64,000 nt of DNA, taken from assembly GCA_964016885.1 (NCBI GenBank), contig OZ024755.1, forward strand, positions 25,792,001-25,856,000. The letters run 5' to 3'. Of the stretch, positions 1-12,179 are shown in pieces. Each line of letters starts with the position of its first letter. Position 1 is the stretch's first letter. The DNA comes from Eledone cirrhosa (taxonomy: Eukaryota). A model generated the notes under the pieces. It was not told the origin of the DNA. It did not search any database and saw only the letters and a list, made by a program, of their open reading frames with translations. The translations under genes and the position numbers were made by a program.

Positions 1-890
1 ACACTCACATAATCATAACAACCGATGTGTGTAGCCAATTCGCTTTACATATACACACACACCCCGCTTCCTTCCTCAGTCGACGTAATCACCCCTGCGT
101 TACGGACAAATACACACGGCTATTATATTAGTATATATATATATTTACACACACATGTACATATATTATATATATCATATATATATGTATATCATATATA
201 TACGTATATTATATATATGTATATTATATGTATGTCTATATAAATATTAGTAAAAGGAAAAGAAAATGCTGACAAATTTTTCCCAGTGAAAAATAGTTTA
301 ATTAGGAATAAGTATAAATTAGTAATAAGTATTGGTTAGTATTCAGTTTTAGTTTTAAGTTTTTACCGGTTGCGCATTTCTAATGCTTTTCAAAAATAAT
401 TTTGAGATAGAGCGCTCGTGATGTTTGCTCTAATCTGACATACATATATATATGTATGTATGTCTATGTATATATATATGTATGTACTATATATATATAT
501 CTATATATACTATATATATATATATGTCTATATATATATATCTATATATACTATATATATATATATGTCTATATATATATATCTATATATACTATATATA
601 TATATATATATGTCTATATATATATGTCTATATATACTATATATATATATATATATGTCTATATATACTATATATATATATATCTATATATATATATGTA
701 TGTCTATATATATATATATATATGTATATATGTAGGTGAGTTTTATTGTAGCACAATAAAGCAATGCAACTATCGGATAAGTAGCACTCTACAGTTTGTA
801 GGATTGGAGTATAAATAATATAAGATCAAAAGATGGTTAAAAGAGTTCCAAGTATTTTATTATGCGCATTTCAAAAACAAATATCTCCCT

Positions 891-959
891 ATTTTATCTG
901 ATGAGACCGCAGATATCATCCCGTGGTGATATTTGTTTTTGAAATGCACATAATAAAAT
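891..959 (+). ncRNA. Minimal type-I hammerhead ribozyme-like motif (base of stem II decayed)
   Basis: attttat-CTGATGA-(gcagatatcatc/ggtgatatttgt hairpin)-GAAA-tgcaca-TA-ataaaat. Stem I is a perfect 7 bp. Confidence 0.6.
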
Positions 960-1374
960 ACTTGGAACTCTTTTAACCATCTTTTGATCTTATATTATAT
1001 ATGTATATATATATGTATGTCTATATATACTATATATATGTATATATATATGTATGTCTATATATACTATATATATGTATATATATATGTATGTCTATAT
1101 ATACTATATATATATATTTATATATGTATGTCTATATATAATATATATATATCATCATTATTGTCATCATTCTATACTCGTTTCAGTAGGACACACATAC
1201 ACACACATACATACATATATATATATATGTATGTAACATAAATTTTGAGTATATGTTGGTTGTATGCAGGCTGGAGCACTCGACGAAGTGCGCAGGTTGG
1301 TTTGGTTACTCCGGAGTAATGTAAAATAAAATAAAATAAATAAGTCAAATGTTTAAAATTTGGCTTCGTTTATT

Positions 1375-1429
1375 ACTGCTATATATATTTCGGTGACAGC
1401 CATCTTTGGCTGTAACCTCTTCAGGCAGT
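1375..1429 (-). ncRNA. Minimal type-I hammerhead ribozyme (Penelope-like pLTR, copy 1)
   Basis: Minus strand: actgc-CTGAAGA-ggttacagcca aaga tggctgtcacc-GAAA-tatata-TA-gcagt. Full core, 5-bp stem I, 11-bp stem II with one mismatch, palindromic stem III. Confidence 0.8.
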
Positions 1430-2072
1430 CCGAATTAGTGTGGTAGAGACGAGTACACATGTTGTTGAGGTGTATAACTTTGTCAATACTCTGATATGCC
1501 CAGTTCCTGGTTGGGTTGTTATTTCACTGAGGAACTGGAATCATATGAATTTAAACAAACGAATTTCAGCGTCAAAGGGCCTCTTCTCCTCTCATTGGTC
1601 AGTTGTTAGACCATTCCTCAGTCAAAAGTCTATAGAAATTGACCTTACAAATCTTTATAACATTGAGATGGGTATAACACACACACATTTTATTCGATTA
1701 TTTTATTTTATTTTGTTCCTTTACCATCTTATTCCTTCTACCACTTTATCATTTTTTTTGAGCTGAATCCAACAACAACACCACTATCAACATAAGAATA
1801 GAGGTCAGATGTACCTAACAATAACAAGAACAACAACTACAGATTGGCTTGCCTCAGAACGAATTTCTATAGACTTTTGACTGAGGAATGTTCTAACAAC
1901 TGACCAATGAGAGGAGAAGAGGCCCTTTGATGCTGAAATTTGTTTGTTTAAATTCATATGATTCCAATTCCTCAGTGAAATAACAACCCAACCAGGAACT
2001 GGGCATATCAGAGTATTGACAAAGTTATACACCTCAACAACATGTGTACTCGTCTCTACCACACTAATTCGG

Positions 2073-2127
2073 ACTGCCTGAAGAGGTCACAGCCAAAGAT
2101 GGCTGTCACCGAAATATATATAGCAGT
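2073..2127 (+). ncRNA. Minimal type-I hammerhead ribozyme (Penelope-like pLTR, copy 2)
   Basis: actgc-CTGAAGA-ggtcacagcca aaga tggctgtcacc-GAAA-tatata-TA-gcagt. Confidence 0.8.
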
Positions 2128-2379
2128 AATAAACGAAGCCAAATTTTAAACATTTGACTTATTTATTTTATTTTATTTTATATATATAACATATATAGAT
2201 ATATCTTAGATAGATCATATATTGAATCAACCAGATAGTAACCATAATGCTGCCCCACCACCACATAAAAGTAAAAAATGTTTCATTACCATTTAGTAAT
2301 ATTTATCAATCATTAATTTAATTAACAATTACTTAATTATAGGCAACTAATTTGGTAATTGTTTCTGTCAGTTATTTGG

Positions 2380-2928
2380 TCGGTTGATTGGTTGGCTAGT
2401 TGGTTGGTTCGCTGGCTGGCTGGTTGGCTAATAAGCTGGTTGGTTGTTAGGCTGATTAGTTAGTTAGCTAGCTTCCTAGTTGATTGACTGGATACTTGGT
2501 TGATTGGTTGGCAGGTTAGTTAGTTGGCTAACTGATCAATTGTGTGGGTGGCATGTTGGTTGACTGGTTGGCTACTTGGTTGGTTGCTTGGTTGGCTAAC
2601 TAGTTGGTTGTCTAGCTAGTGGGCTGGCTGGTTGGTTGACTAACTGAATAGTTGGCTGGCTAGCTTGATGACTGGATGGTTGGCTAGCTGGTTTGTTGAT
2701 TGGCTGGCTGGTTGGATGGTTGGTTGGCTGATTAGTTGATTGGTTGGCTACTTGACTATTTGGTTGGCTGATTGGTTGGCTGGTTGGTTTGGTTGGCGGG
2801 TTGGTTGGTTGGCTACTTGACTATCTGGTTGGCTGGTTGGTTGGTTGGCTAGTTGACTAGTTGGTTTGGTTGGCGGGTTGGTTGGCTACTTGACTAATTG
2901 GTTGGTTGGTTGGTTGTTTGATGGTTGT
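2380..2928. repeat. Degenerate (GGTT/GGCT)n simple repeat
   Basis: Directly visible, immediately 3' of the stop codon. Similar tracts at 21620-21870 and 36230-36975. Confidence 0.9.
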
Positions 2929-2935
2929 TCCCTGC

Positions 2936-3168
2936 TCACATCATTACTTTAGACTTAATAACAGTGAGGGCACGTGCCAGAAAGATCCATATGGCACATG
3001 TGGCCACACAGAAGAAGACACCAATCCACATGAGAGTTATCGGGTAGCCATATGTGATTTGTCGAGTGGGACATAGTTGAGCTGGGATTGTCACAAAGTA
3101 GAAGCAATCCTCTATTTCATATGTACGCTTTGTGTAAGTGATAACTAACGTGAATACTCCGAAGATAC
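2936..3168 (-). CDS. Exon 4 (terminal) of the claudin-like gene (TM3 end, ECL2, TM4)
   Basis: Acceptor ctattacAG. Encodes (G)IFGVFTLVITYTKRTYEIEDCFYFVTIPAQLCPTRQITYGYPITLMWIGVFFCVATCAIWIFLARALTVIKSKVMM, then TGA at 2938-2936. YGY..W before TM4 is typical of the superfamily. Not in the ORF track. Confidence 0.88.
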
Positions 3169-3531
3169 CTGTAATAGATGAGCAGCAAGTTAAAGTGGGA
3201 TAAAGAAAGGAAGAAGAGGAAGAAAGAGCGTAAAGAACAAAACATGGTCATGAAGGTGTCATGACAAAAAGCACCTGGCCCACACTGTAAAGTGGTTGTT
3301 TTGGTACTATGACAAAAAGTACCCAGTATACACTGTAAATATAGTTAGCGTTAGGAAGGGCATTCAGCTGAGGAAACCAAGCCAAAATCAGTCCTGTATG
3401 AGCAAGACTTGGTCATCTGATCTGGCTTGTCTCACAACGGGACTTTTCCTACTACATAAAGCATTAAACTAATATATTTCTTCATTTTACTGTGGCATTT
3501 GCTTTATTATTTCTGTTTACTTTCTGTACAT

Positions 3532-3570
<39 letters not shown>

Positions 3571-4159
3571 ACCCAGGTAGAAAGTAACTATTTGCATATA
3601 TATGCATATATATATATCACATCTCTCTCTCTCTCCCTCTCCCTCACACACATTGACACAGCTTTGTGTGTGTGTGTGCATCTATAACAATAAATACAAT
3701 TGCTGAGAAGAAATTTTCTCTTCTCTTTCATCTTGTCTCACTCAATCAGCTCTCCTTATATTACACTATATTACATTCTGTCAGTTTTAGTTGTCACAAT
3801 TTCCTCTTGATCTTAATTCTAATGGATGATGGATGATTAAGTAATTCTGTCCAGTTGATACTGTCCAGTTATTGGTCATCAAATATCCAGTAATTATACT
3901 ACACAGTAGGGTGTGGAGCTGTTTGTTGGCTGAAATATGAGAGCACTGAACTAAATGCTTCCATGTAGTGAGTCTAGTCCTTTCTTTTTGTAGTGAAGGG
4001 TCTATTTTGGTTTTTCTCTCCACACACACCACTCCACTGCACACCACCACAACATAACATGATCAATACATTTGTCAGTAATATATTGGCAATTATTTCA
4101 CCGACTTTTCTCCTTATTTATATAAATTGGTCTTGAACAGAATGCAGAATTCATCTCAA

Positions 4160-4375
4160 TGTCCACTTTCCATGTTGGAATGAGTTAGACAGGATATCAC
4201 TGAGAGAAAACAGTTCAAATACCAAACCTTGTCCACTTTCCATGTTGGCATGGGTTAGACAGGTTATCACAGTCTGGAAGAAAACAGTTCAACTAACACA
4301 CTTTGTCCACTTTCCATGTTAGCATTGGTTAGACAGGATATCACTGAGAGAAAACAGTTCAAATACCAAACTTTA
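4160..4375. repeat. Three tandem ~70-bp copies of an RTE/SINE 3'-tail fragment
   Basis: tgtccactttccatgttggcatgggttagacagg...aaaacagttcaa repeated three times. It is the reverse complement of the aacccatgc..catggaa..ggac tail seen elsewhere. Confidence 0.75.
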
Positions 4376-4564
4376 CTCATACTTTCTATTCTGGTATATT
4401 TTCTATAGTTGGATGTCCTTCCTTTCACCAACCACAGCTGAGTATAATTTATAATTGCACCTGTACTAAAGAGGTTGTCAAATTTTGATAAGATCAAAGA
4501 GATATTTTATTAGTGGATAACTTCTTATAAAAGATTTCCTTATTACTTTAGACAGATTTTCAGT

Positions 4565-4748
4565 TGATTGGCAGAATTGGTAGAGTGTCGGGCAACATGC
4601 TTTGTGGCATAGAGTTAAGTGCTCTTTACATTCTGAGTTCATGCTTGCGGGGTCGATAAAATAAAGCACCAGTAATGCAATGGGATCAATTGAATCAACT
4701 TTGCCCTTCCCCAAAAATTGTTGGCCTTGTGCTTAAATCAGAAACTAT
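4565..4748 (+). mobile_element. tRNA-derived SINE (family A), diverged copy
   Basis: tggcagaattggtagag head, ggggtcgataaaataaagcaccagt body, ggccttgtgc..agaaac tail. Confidence 0.75.
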
Positions 4749-5039
4749 TACTATCCATTTATTGAACTCTTTTCATAGCAAACTGCCTGGCATCACACCT
4801 GGTACTATGATACAAAATTATTTATATTGAAGTGTTTATTTCCATCATATAAGAACGTTTGTACTCCAACTTAATAATGAGAAAGTTACTTTTACTCTAA
4901 ATTCTTCATTATTTTCAAAATTTATTGGAAACGTGGCAGTGTATTTCATTAGAACTATGGTAATGAAAGGGATAAAATGTTTTATATTTTATCTAAAAAT
5001 TTTCAATCACAATTTTATGTAAGAACTTTTGTTAAGTTA

Positions 5040-5365
5040 TGTTCCAAACACCAACTTAATAATGAGAAAGTTAGTTATATTACAAGAACCCTCCAAATTC
5101 TTTGTTACTTTCAAAATTAATTGGAAACTATAGAGGAAAGCTTCTTTCATTAGTAATATAGTAATGAAAGGGTTAAAGACATAGGTAGTGTCTTTCATTA
5201 GAAATATAGTAATGAAAGGTTTAAAGACATAGGCAGTGTTTTTCATAAGAAATATAATAACAAAAGGGTTAAAGATATAGGTAGTGTCTTTCATAAGAAA
5301 TATGGTAATGAAAGGTTTAAAGATATAGGTAGTGTCTTTCATTAGAAATATGGCAAGGGTTAATG
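5040..5365 (-). repeat. AT-rich dispersed element with ~48-bp internal tandem repeats (MITE-like)
   Basis: gtaatgaaagggttaaagacataggtagtgtctttcattagaaatat repeats. Inverse-orientation relative at 27900-28150. Confidence 0.65.
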
Positions 5366-5428
5366 ATAAAACTGAAAACTCCATAATAACAGTAAAAAAA
5401 AAACAGTATAAAAAGTATGTGTCCTTAC

Positions 5429-5566
5429 CAGCCATCATATATAGAGTTCCAGTGACCATAACTAACGCTACTTGTTTCTTGAAGACAGCAACAATTCCAA
5501 GAGCTGACGCTGTCAATAAATCTATTGTACTAACAATTAAACAGGAAGCTGCAGACGTTTGCATTT
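5429..5566 (-). CDS. Exon 3 of the claudin-like gene (TM2 and start of TM3)
   Basis: Acceptor tctctatttcAG and donor GTAAGG. 138 nt, phase 1-1. Encodes (K)MQTSAASCLIVSTIDLLTASALGIVAVFKKQVALVMVTGTLYMMA. Confidence 0.88.
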
Positions 5567-5954
5567 CTGAAATAGAGAAACAAATTCTAAGACTGACATC
5601 TGTTATATTTAATATATACACTAATATATAGAAACTATGTAATGTAACAACTGAAGCCTGGTGGCATACAATGTCCACTGTACCAGTCATTTGTGTAGGT
5701 AGGGTGTTGTTATGCTGGAAGTATTTGGGTATGATTTTAAAAGGTGTGATTAGTTTTACTGTATATCTTGTGCAGTATATGTTTACTGAATAGAGCTTGA
5801 GTGTAGGTTTGTGAATTGCATTTGATTGCAGTTTGAGTTCAAGGATAGCATTGGCTTAGTCCATATATACACACACATATATATATATATATATGTACTG
5901 TACACAGTACACTGTACACAATAATTTCATTATTATATATATATATAAATGTGG

Positions 5955-6140
5955 TCCACACTGTAAATGTGGTTGGTGTTAGGAAGGGCATCCAGCTGTA
6001 GAAAAGCTGGCGGATAGTCCTATATGAGCGAGACATGGTCACCTGACCAACCTTGCCTCAAGTGGGACAACTCCCGTCTAACCCATGCTAGCGTGGAAGA
6101 TGGACGTTAAACGAAGATGATGATGATAATGATGATAATG
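5955..6140 (+). mobile_element. Short RTE-tailed non-autonomous element (family C)
   Basis: cacactgtaaa.gtggttggtgttaggaagggcatccagctgtagaaa...aacccatgctagc..ggacgttaaacgatgatg. Other copies at ~3280-3450, 7320-7450, 16585-16745(-), 18575-18748, 20555-20780, 40160-40330(-) and 61355-61572. Confidence 0.75.
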
Positions 6141-6936
6141 ATACAAGTGTGACCTGGGTGTTGTGTGCAGAGGACCTATGAAAATTAGAAAGGAATGAAG
6201 CTTACAAACACCAGTAATACACATGAACAGCAAAGCATCAATGAACTGAGAGAGTAACTGGAAATAAAAGGGATCAGATGTTATGTGCAGGAGAAGAGAT
6301 TGTAGTGGTGTGGACATGTGATGCACATGGAGGATGACAGCTGCATGAAAAGATACAGGGCACTTGAAGTTGAAGGAAACTATGTAAGAGGAAGACCTAG
6401 AAAAGCTTGGGATGAAGTGATAATAGCTGATGCTGCACAATTAAACCTTTCAAAGGTGATGACATACGATCAACACCTCCAGCGATATGTTATACTACAA
6501 ACGACCTGATTTTCTATGTGCAGAGGATAAAATAAATATCAAGAGGACTTTTGTTTCATCAATCTTCCCCCTTCCTCCATATATACACCTTTTCACATTT
6601 TAATATTCACCCATCCCCAGCATGCTTACTCATTTCAACACCCTTTGACAAACAACAACTAAACAACCAGCCATCCAGTTGTTAAACTAACCGACTGGAA
6701 AATTATAATAATACATTGAAGTGAATCCCAATAGGTGTGTATGTTTTTATTGACTGCATGACCCTCCGAAAGTATAACAATATATGTTTCAACACAAGTT
6801 TTCACATTAAAAATCTTGCAAAACAAATACAAAAACAAAGTATATATATACAATAAAGAAAAAATACGAAATTCAGTGTAGATGTTTAGAAATCCTTTAT
6901 TAACAAAGCAGTGATACATATTTTAATGACAATCGT

Positions 6937-6989
6937 GGCTATTTGATGGTTCAATCCCACAACCAGTCACACAATCTCATCAGACAGCC
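6937..6989 (-). ncRNA. Decayed hammerhead-like motif
   Basis: ggctgt-CTGATGA-gatt...gatt-GAAC-catcaa-atagcc. Stem I pairs, but GAAA and the UH site are mutated. Confidence 0.4.
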
Positions 6990-7109
6990 TCTTATGTAAT
7001 AAGGTTACATTTCCAAGGCAATCCAATCGAAAGACAACGGAATTGACAGAAATGAAGTATTGATACCCAAAATATGTTCCCTTGTGAACCTTGTTATATA
7101 TATATAATG

Positions 7110-7255
7110 GAAGCACATGGCTTAGTGGTTAGAGCATTGGCCTTGCAATTGAAAGGTTGTGAGTTCAATTCTCAGACTGGGTGATGTGTTGTTTCCTTGA
7201 GCAAGACACTTTATTTCACATTGCTCCAGTTTACTCAGCTGTAGAAATGAGATGA
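7110..7255 (+). mobile_element. tRNA-derived SINE with CORE-like domain (family B)
   Basis: A box tggcttagtggt, B box gagttcaattc, then ccttgagcaagacactttatttcac. Other copies at 30908-31225, 59683-59900 and 8480-8700(-). Confidence 0.75.
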
Positions 7256-7607
7256 TAGGGACTGAGGTCCCTATCATTCCACTGTAGAGTGGTCGTGGAG
7301 GTGCCACGGAAAAAAAGCACCCATCACTCACTGTAAATGAGGTTGGTGTTAGGAAGGGCATCCAGCTGTAGAAATCAAGCCAGAATCAGTTCCCGTCCCA
7401 CCCTTGCAAGCAGGGAAAATGTGGACGTAAAAATGAAATGAAATGAAATGAAATGATAGTGTGGGTAGTACAGGGAATTACTGGTATTGGTACCAAATCA
7501 AGTACTCTATGCACATGCAGAGTGTATATAATAGTAGAAAACGAGGAAGTTTCGTTTACATATAAAAGATATTTGTTGTGTATCGACCTGTTACGCGTGT
7601 TTCGCAG

Positions 7608-7648
<41 letters not shown>

Positions 7649-7806
7649 AATATATATATTGCAGTTCCATTTGAGCAAGGTATGGCTTGGTCAACTGGCC
7701 AGACTTGCTGCATAACCTGGACAACCTGTCTCCCACACAAGAATGGAAAATAAGACGTTAAACGGTGATAATGATGATGATGATCATAATGTGCGTGTGT
7801 GTTTGC

Positions 7807-7843
<37 letters not shown>

Positions 7844-8206
7844 ATATATAGATATACTACTATTACTACTACTACTACTACTAGTAGTAGTAGTAGTAGT
7901 AGTAGTAGCAGCAGCAGTACTAGTATGGTTATTATTTTCTTAGCATCCTCATTTGTGTCAATTAAAGCCAGCAATTAAGTAGAAATTATGCAAATGGCCA
8001 ATTACAACAGAGTGTATGTGTGTGTATATATATAAATACATAATATGTGCATGTGCGTGTATACATTTATATACATACATGTAAATGAGCAATTACATCT
8101 GAGTGTGTGTGTATGTATACATGTGTGTGTATAGGTATATACATACATGAAAATGGCCAATTACACCTGAGAATTAACTCTTATATAAGTAAACAGTTAC
8201 CTTAAA

Positions 8207-8237
<31 letters not shown>

Positions 8238-9279
8238 GTGAATGTGTGTGAGTGTGTATGTGTGTATATGTGTGTATGTGTGTGTATATATATATATACA
8301 CTCACACACATGTCAGCTGAGAGGATCTGTGTGGGTCTATGTGGTCACTGATCTTTCAGCCACAGTGTAAAAGTACAGTTGACAGTACAACCATCACCAC
8401 CACCACCACTATCATTATCACCATCACACACTCACACACACACACTCACACACACACACACACTCACATACATACATATAGATATTTTTTTAAGGAACGA
8501 TCAACTTTCGTCAAATCGGACCGAGGAAACAATGTTTCCATTGGTCTTTCCAATTGCTAATACTATCTATCGGTCGCAACTCCAGGTAGAAGGAGCAACG
8601 TGAAATATAGTGTCTTGCTCAAGGACATAACGCATCGCCCAGTCACAACCTCACAACCTCACGATTGCGAATCCAATTCTCTAACCACTCAGCCATGCAG
8701 GGACACTGTTCTTTTATTGATTTCAGTCATTAGATTTCAGTCATTAGATTGTGGCCAAGCTGGGGCACTGTCATTAGGGAGCACACAGGACAAAAACAAT
8801 GGCAAAATAACGGAAAGTCAGATAGTTCCATCTCCTCAGTCAATCTCTGAAAATCACTGCAGTTTCTGTCAATTATGGTCGATACCATTCATTCCAGTGC
8901 ACATTGGGACACAACAAAACAGGCAATATATATATATAAATGTGCGTGTGTGTGTGTATCTTTTTGTATGTGTTTATATGTTTATGTTTGTCTCTTCGTA
9001 ACCTAACAGTTCAACAAAAAGAGATCGATAAAATAAGTACCAGACTTGTAATACTAAATACTGGGCTTGGTGTAATTGAATAAATCCCCAAAAGAGTGTG
9101 TGCCAGCATGACCATTGTAAAATGACTGAAACGAATAAAAGAGTGTAGTGCCCCAGCATGACCATTGCCTAATGACTGAAACCAGTAAATGACAGTGCCC
9201 CAGCTTGGCCACAATCTAATGACTGAAATCAATAAAAGAACTGTGTCACTCTACGGCCACAGTGTAATGATGAACAGTG

Positions 9280-10443
9280 GTGAACAGTTACTGGTGCAGT
9301 GAACACTTACTGGTGCAGTGAACACTTACTGGTGCAGTGAACACTTACTGGTGCAGTGAACACTTACTGGTGCAGTGAACAGTTACTGGTGTGGTGAACA
9401 GTTACTGGTGCAGTGAACACTTACTGGTGCAGTGAACAGTTACTGGTGTGGTGAACAGTTACTGGTGTGGTGAACAGTTACTGGTGCAGTGAACACTTAC
9501 TGATGTAGTGAACAGTTACAGGTGCAGTGAACAGTTACTGGTGCAGTGAACAGTTACTGGTGCAGTGAACAGTTACAGGTGCAGTGAACAGTTACAGATG
9601 TGGTGAACAGTTACTGGTGCAGTGAACAGTTACTGGTGCAGTGAACAGTTACTGGTGCAGTGAACAGTTACAGATGTAGTGAACAGTTACTGGTGCAGTG
9701 AACAGTTACTGGTGCAGTGAACAGTTACTGGTGCAGTGAACAGTTATAGGTGCAGTGAACAGTTACTGGTGTAGTGAACAGTTACTAGTGTAGTGAACAG
9801 CTACTGGTGCAGTGAACAGTTACTGGTGCAGTGAACAGTTACAGATGTAGTGAACAGTTACTGGTGCAGTGAACAGTTACTGGTGCAGTGAACAGTTATA
9901 GGTGCAGTGAACAGTTACTGGTGCAGTGAACAGTTACTAGTGTAGTGAACAGTTACTGGTGCAGTGAACAGTTACTGGTGCAGTGAACAGTTACAGATGT
10001 AGTGAACAGTTACTGGTGCAGTGAACAGTTACTGGTGCAGTGAACAGTTATAGGTGCAGTGAACAGTTACTGGTGTAGTGAACAGTTACTAGTGTAGTGA
10101 ACAGCTACTGGTGCAGTGAACAGTTACTGGTGCAGTGAACAGTTATAGGTGCAGTGAACAGTTACTGGTGTGGTGAACAGTTACTGGTGCAGTGAACAGT
10201 TATAGGTGCAGTGAACAGCTACTGGTGCAGTGAACAGTTACTAGTGAACAGTTATAGGTGCAGTGAACAGCTACTGGTGCAGTGAACAGTTACTAGTGTA
10301 GTGAACAGCTACTGGTGTGGTGAACAGTTACTGGTGCAGTGAACAGCTACTGGTGCAGTGAACAGTTACTAGTGTAGTGAACAGCTACTGGTGCAGTGAA
10401 CAGTTACAGGTGATGTGAACAATTACTGGTGTGGTGAACAGTT
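9280..10443. repeat. 19-bp minisatellite, about 61 units
   Basis: Unit actggtgcagtgaacagtt with point variants. Ends about 17 bp from the exon 2 boundary. Confidence 0.95.
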
Positions 10444-10460
10444 TCAGGTAAGGTACTTAC

Positions 10461-10580
10461 TTGCTAATATGTTACCTTTGGCATTCAATGTGCTGGTTTC
10501 TTCATCATATTCAGTTACAAAGTTGTAACATGGTTTTTTCCACATATCTGGCAGGTGTTTACATTTTGCTTTGGTTTCAG
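10461..10580 (-). CDS. Exon 2 of the claudin-like gene
   Basis: Acceptor ttgttgacAG and donor GTAAGT. 120 nt, phase 1-1. Encodes (A)ETKAKCKHLPDMWKKPCYNFVTEYDEETSTLNAKGNILA, in frame with exons 1 and 3, with ECL1 cysteines. Confidence 0.8.
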
Positions 10581-10994
10581 CTGTCAACAACAAAATATAC
10601 TGTAAATATACTGTTGATTTAACTAATAACATTGTGTATATAGTTATATATACTCATATACTGTTATACATACATTCATAGTTATATATATACACAGTAT
10701 AGTTATACACAAATATATACATACATTGTTATATATACTCATATACTGTTATACATACATTCATAGTTATATATACACAGTATAGTTATACACAAATATA
10801 TACATACATAGTTATACATATATATATGCATACATCTATATGTACATGCATGCATACATACATACATTACATACATACATAGATGCATACATGCATACAT
10901 ACATGTATGTATGCATGGATACATACATGCATGTATACATTCATTCATTCATACATACATATATTCATTCATTTATTCATACATACATACATGA

Positions 10995-11250
10995 TGATGG
11001 CTGCCCCCTCATTATCGAGTATGGCCATTGCACGGTATACCATTATTAATAATTATTAATTAATGCTATTGTACAATGCCTGTGCGTGAAGATATTTTTT
11101 AAAGTGAGGAAAGACTGTGCACTGAGCCAATCCCATTGTCTGAGCGACAGTAGCTATAACCCGAAAAGAAGAAAAGATCAACATCATCGGTAACTACTGA
11201 GCCGCAGGTTTTATATCGGAGTTATCCCAGTTTCCTGAGTCACCTTCTCC
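10995..11250 (-). mobile_element. Short bipartite RTE-related element
   Basis: One end matches the tail at 32640-32705 (ggccatactcgataa.gagggggcagccatc). The other end matches 34436-34535 (gataactccgatataaaacctgcggctcagtag). Confidence 0.55.
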
Positions 11251-12179
11251 TACATACATACATACATACATACATACATACATACATACATACATACATA
11301 CATACATACATACATACATACATGCATGCATGCATAGATACATACATAAACACATGCATACATACTAAAAGCCTGACATGAATTTCTGACAAGTTCATTA
11401 CATCCCACCTTGAAAGATATCTCCATACAATCCAGAAACAAGAAATCCCGACCAAGTACTTACTACACAATAGAGGAAGGTCATCAGTTGACAATAAATG
11501 TTGGCTGTGCAAAACAATGATTGAAAATGTTAGCCACATTATTGCTAACTGTGAAAGAACGTCTTCTTGTACTACCTCTCTATGAGGCAGGATGTGATAG
11601 CTAGAATACTAGAATGATCTGGAATGCATTACAAAAGAGGAAAATATAATTACTGAAATAAACATTAAACTTTTCAATACTTTTCTGGGAGCAGAGCTCA
11701 CTTAGATTATGTTTTAGTATGAAGGAAATGGATCAACAAAATTAAACATTGCTGTGCCTCATCTTCTTTCAACAGCATGTTGTCAGATCACAGAATAATG
11801 TCTGCAAAAATAAAACTCAGTTTCCACACAGAGAGAGCAGTCAGGAAATCCTTTGAAACGCATTAACTGGCATCACGTTACCAATGATAACAACTTGTCA
11901 AACAACTATGCTGTTTCAGTTTTAATCGCTTCTCATCCCTATGCTCTGAAGACACAGTTGCAATTGCCAAATACAATCTCACCAAAGAGAGAATGGAGGA
12001 TATTTCTCTTAACTCATTACCCCCACCACCACCACACACACAAAAAAAAAAGAAAACGGAAAAAAAAAAGAAAATGAAAAAAAAAACATAAAAAGAGTGT
12101 GTCTTCAATCCATGATAAGGTCAGAAAAGCAAAGTATGAACTTGCCAAAATAACAATGAATTTAATTTGTCTCCAGTAT

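Larger units (their letters stand above)
1322..2180. mobile_element. Inverted pair of Penelope-like pLTR remnants
   Basis: Near-identical 319-bp inverted arms (1322-1640 and 1862-2180) around a 221-bp spacer. Each arm has a CCAAT box, a hammerhead and AATAAA. Flanked by (TA)n-type tracts. Confidence 0.7.

Noticed and set aside
452-1241. YI/CV/HT-rich and poly-V/T ORFs here and throughout the window
   Set aside because: They are translations of microsatellites.
1440-2062. Duplicated ORF MVETSTHVVEV on both strands
   Set aside because: A by-product of the inverted repeat, with no recognisable domain.
5037-5690. 217-aa single-exon membrane protein
   Set aside because: Only 5429-5566 is bounded by splice sites. 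The rest reads through intron and repeat sequence.
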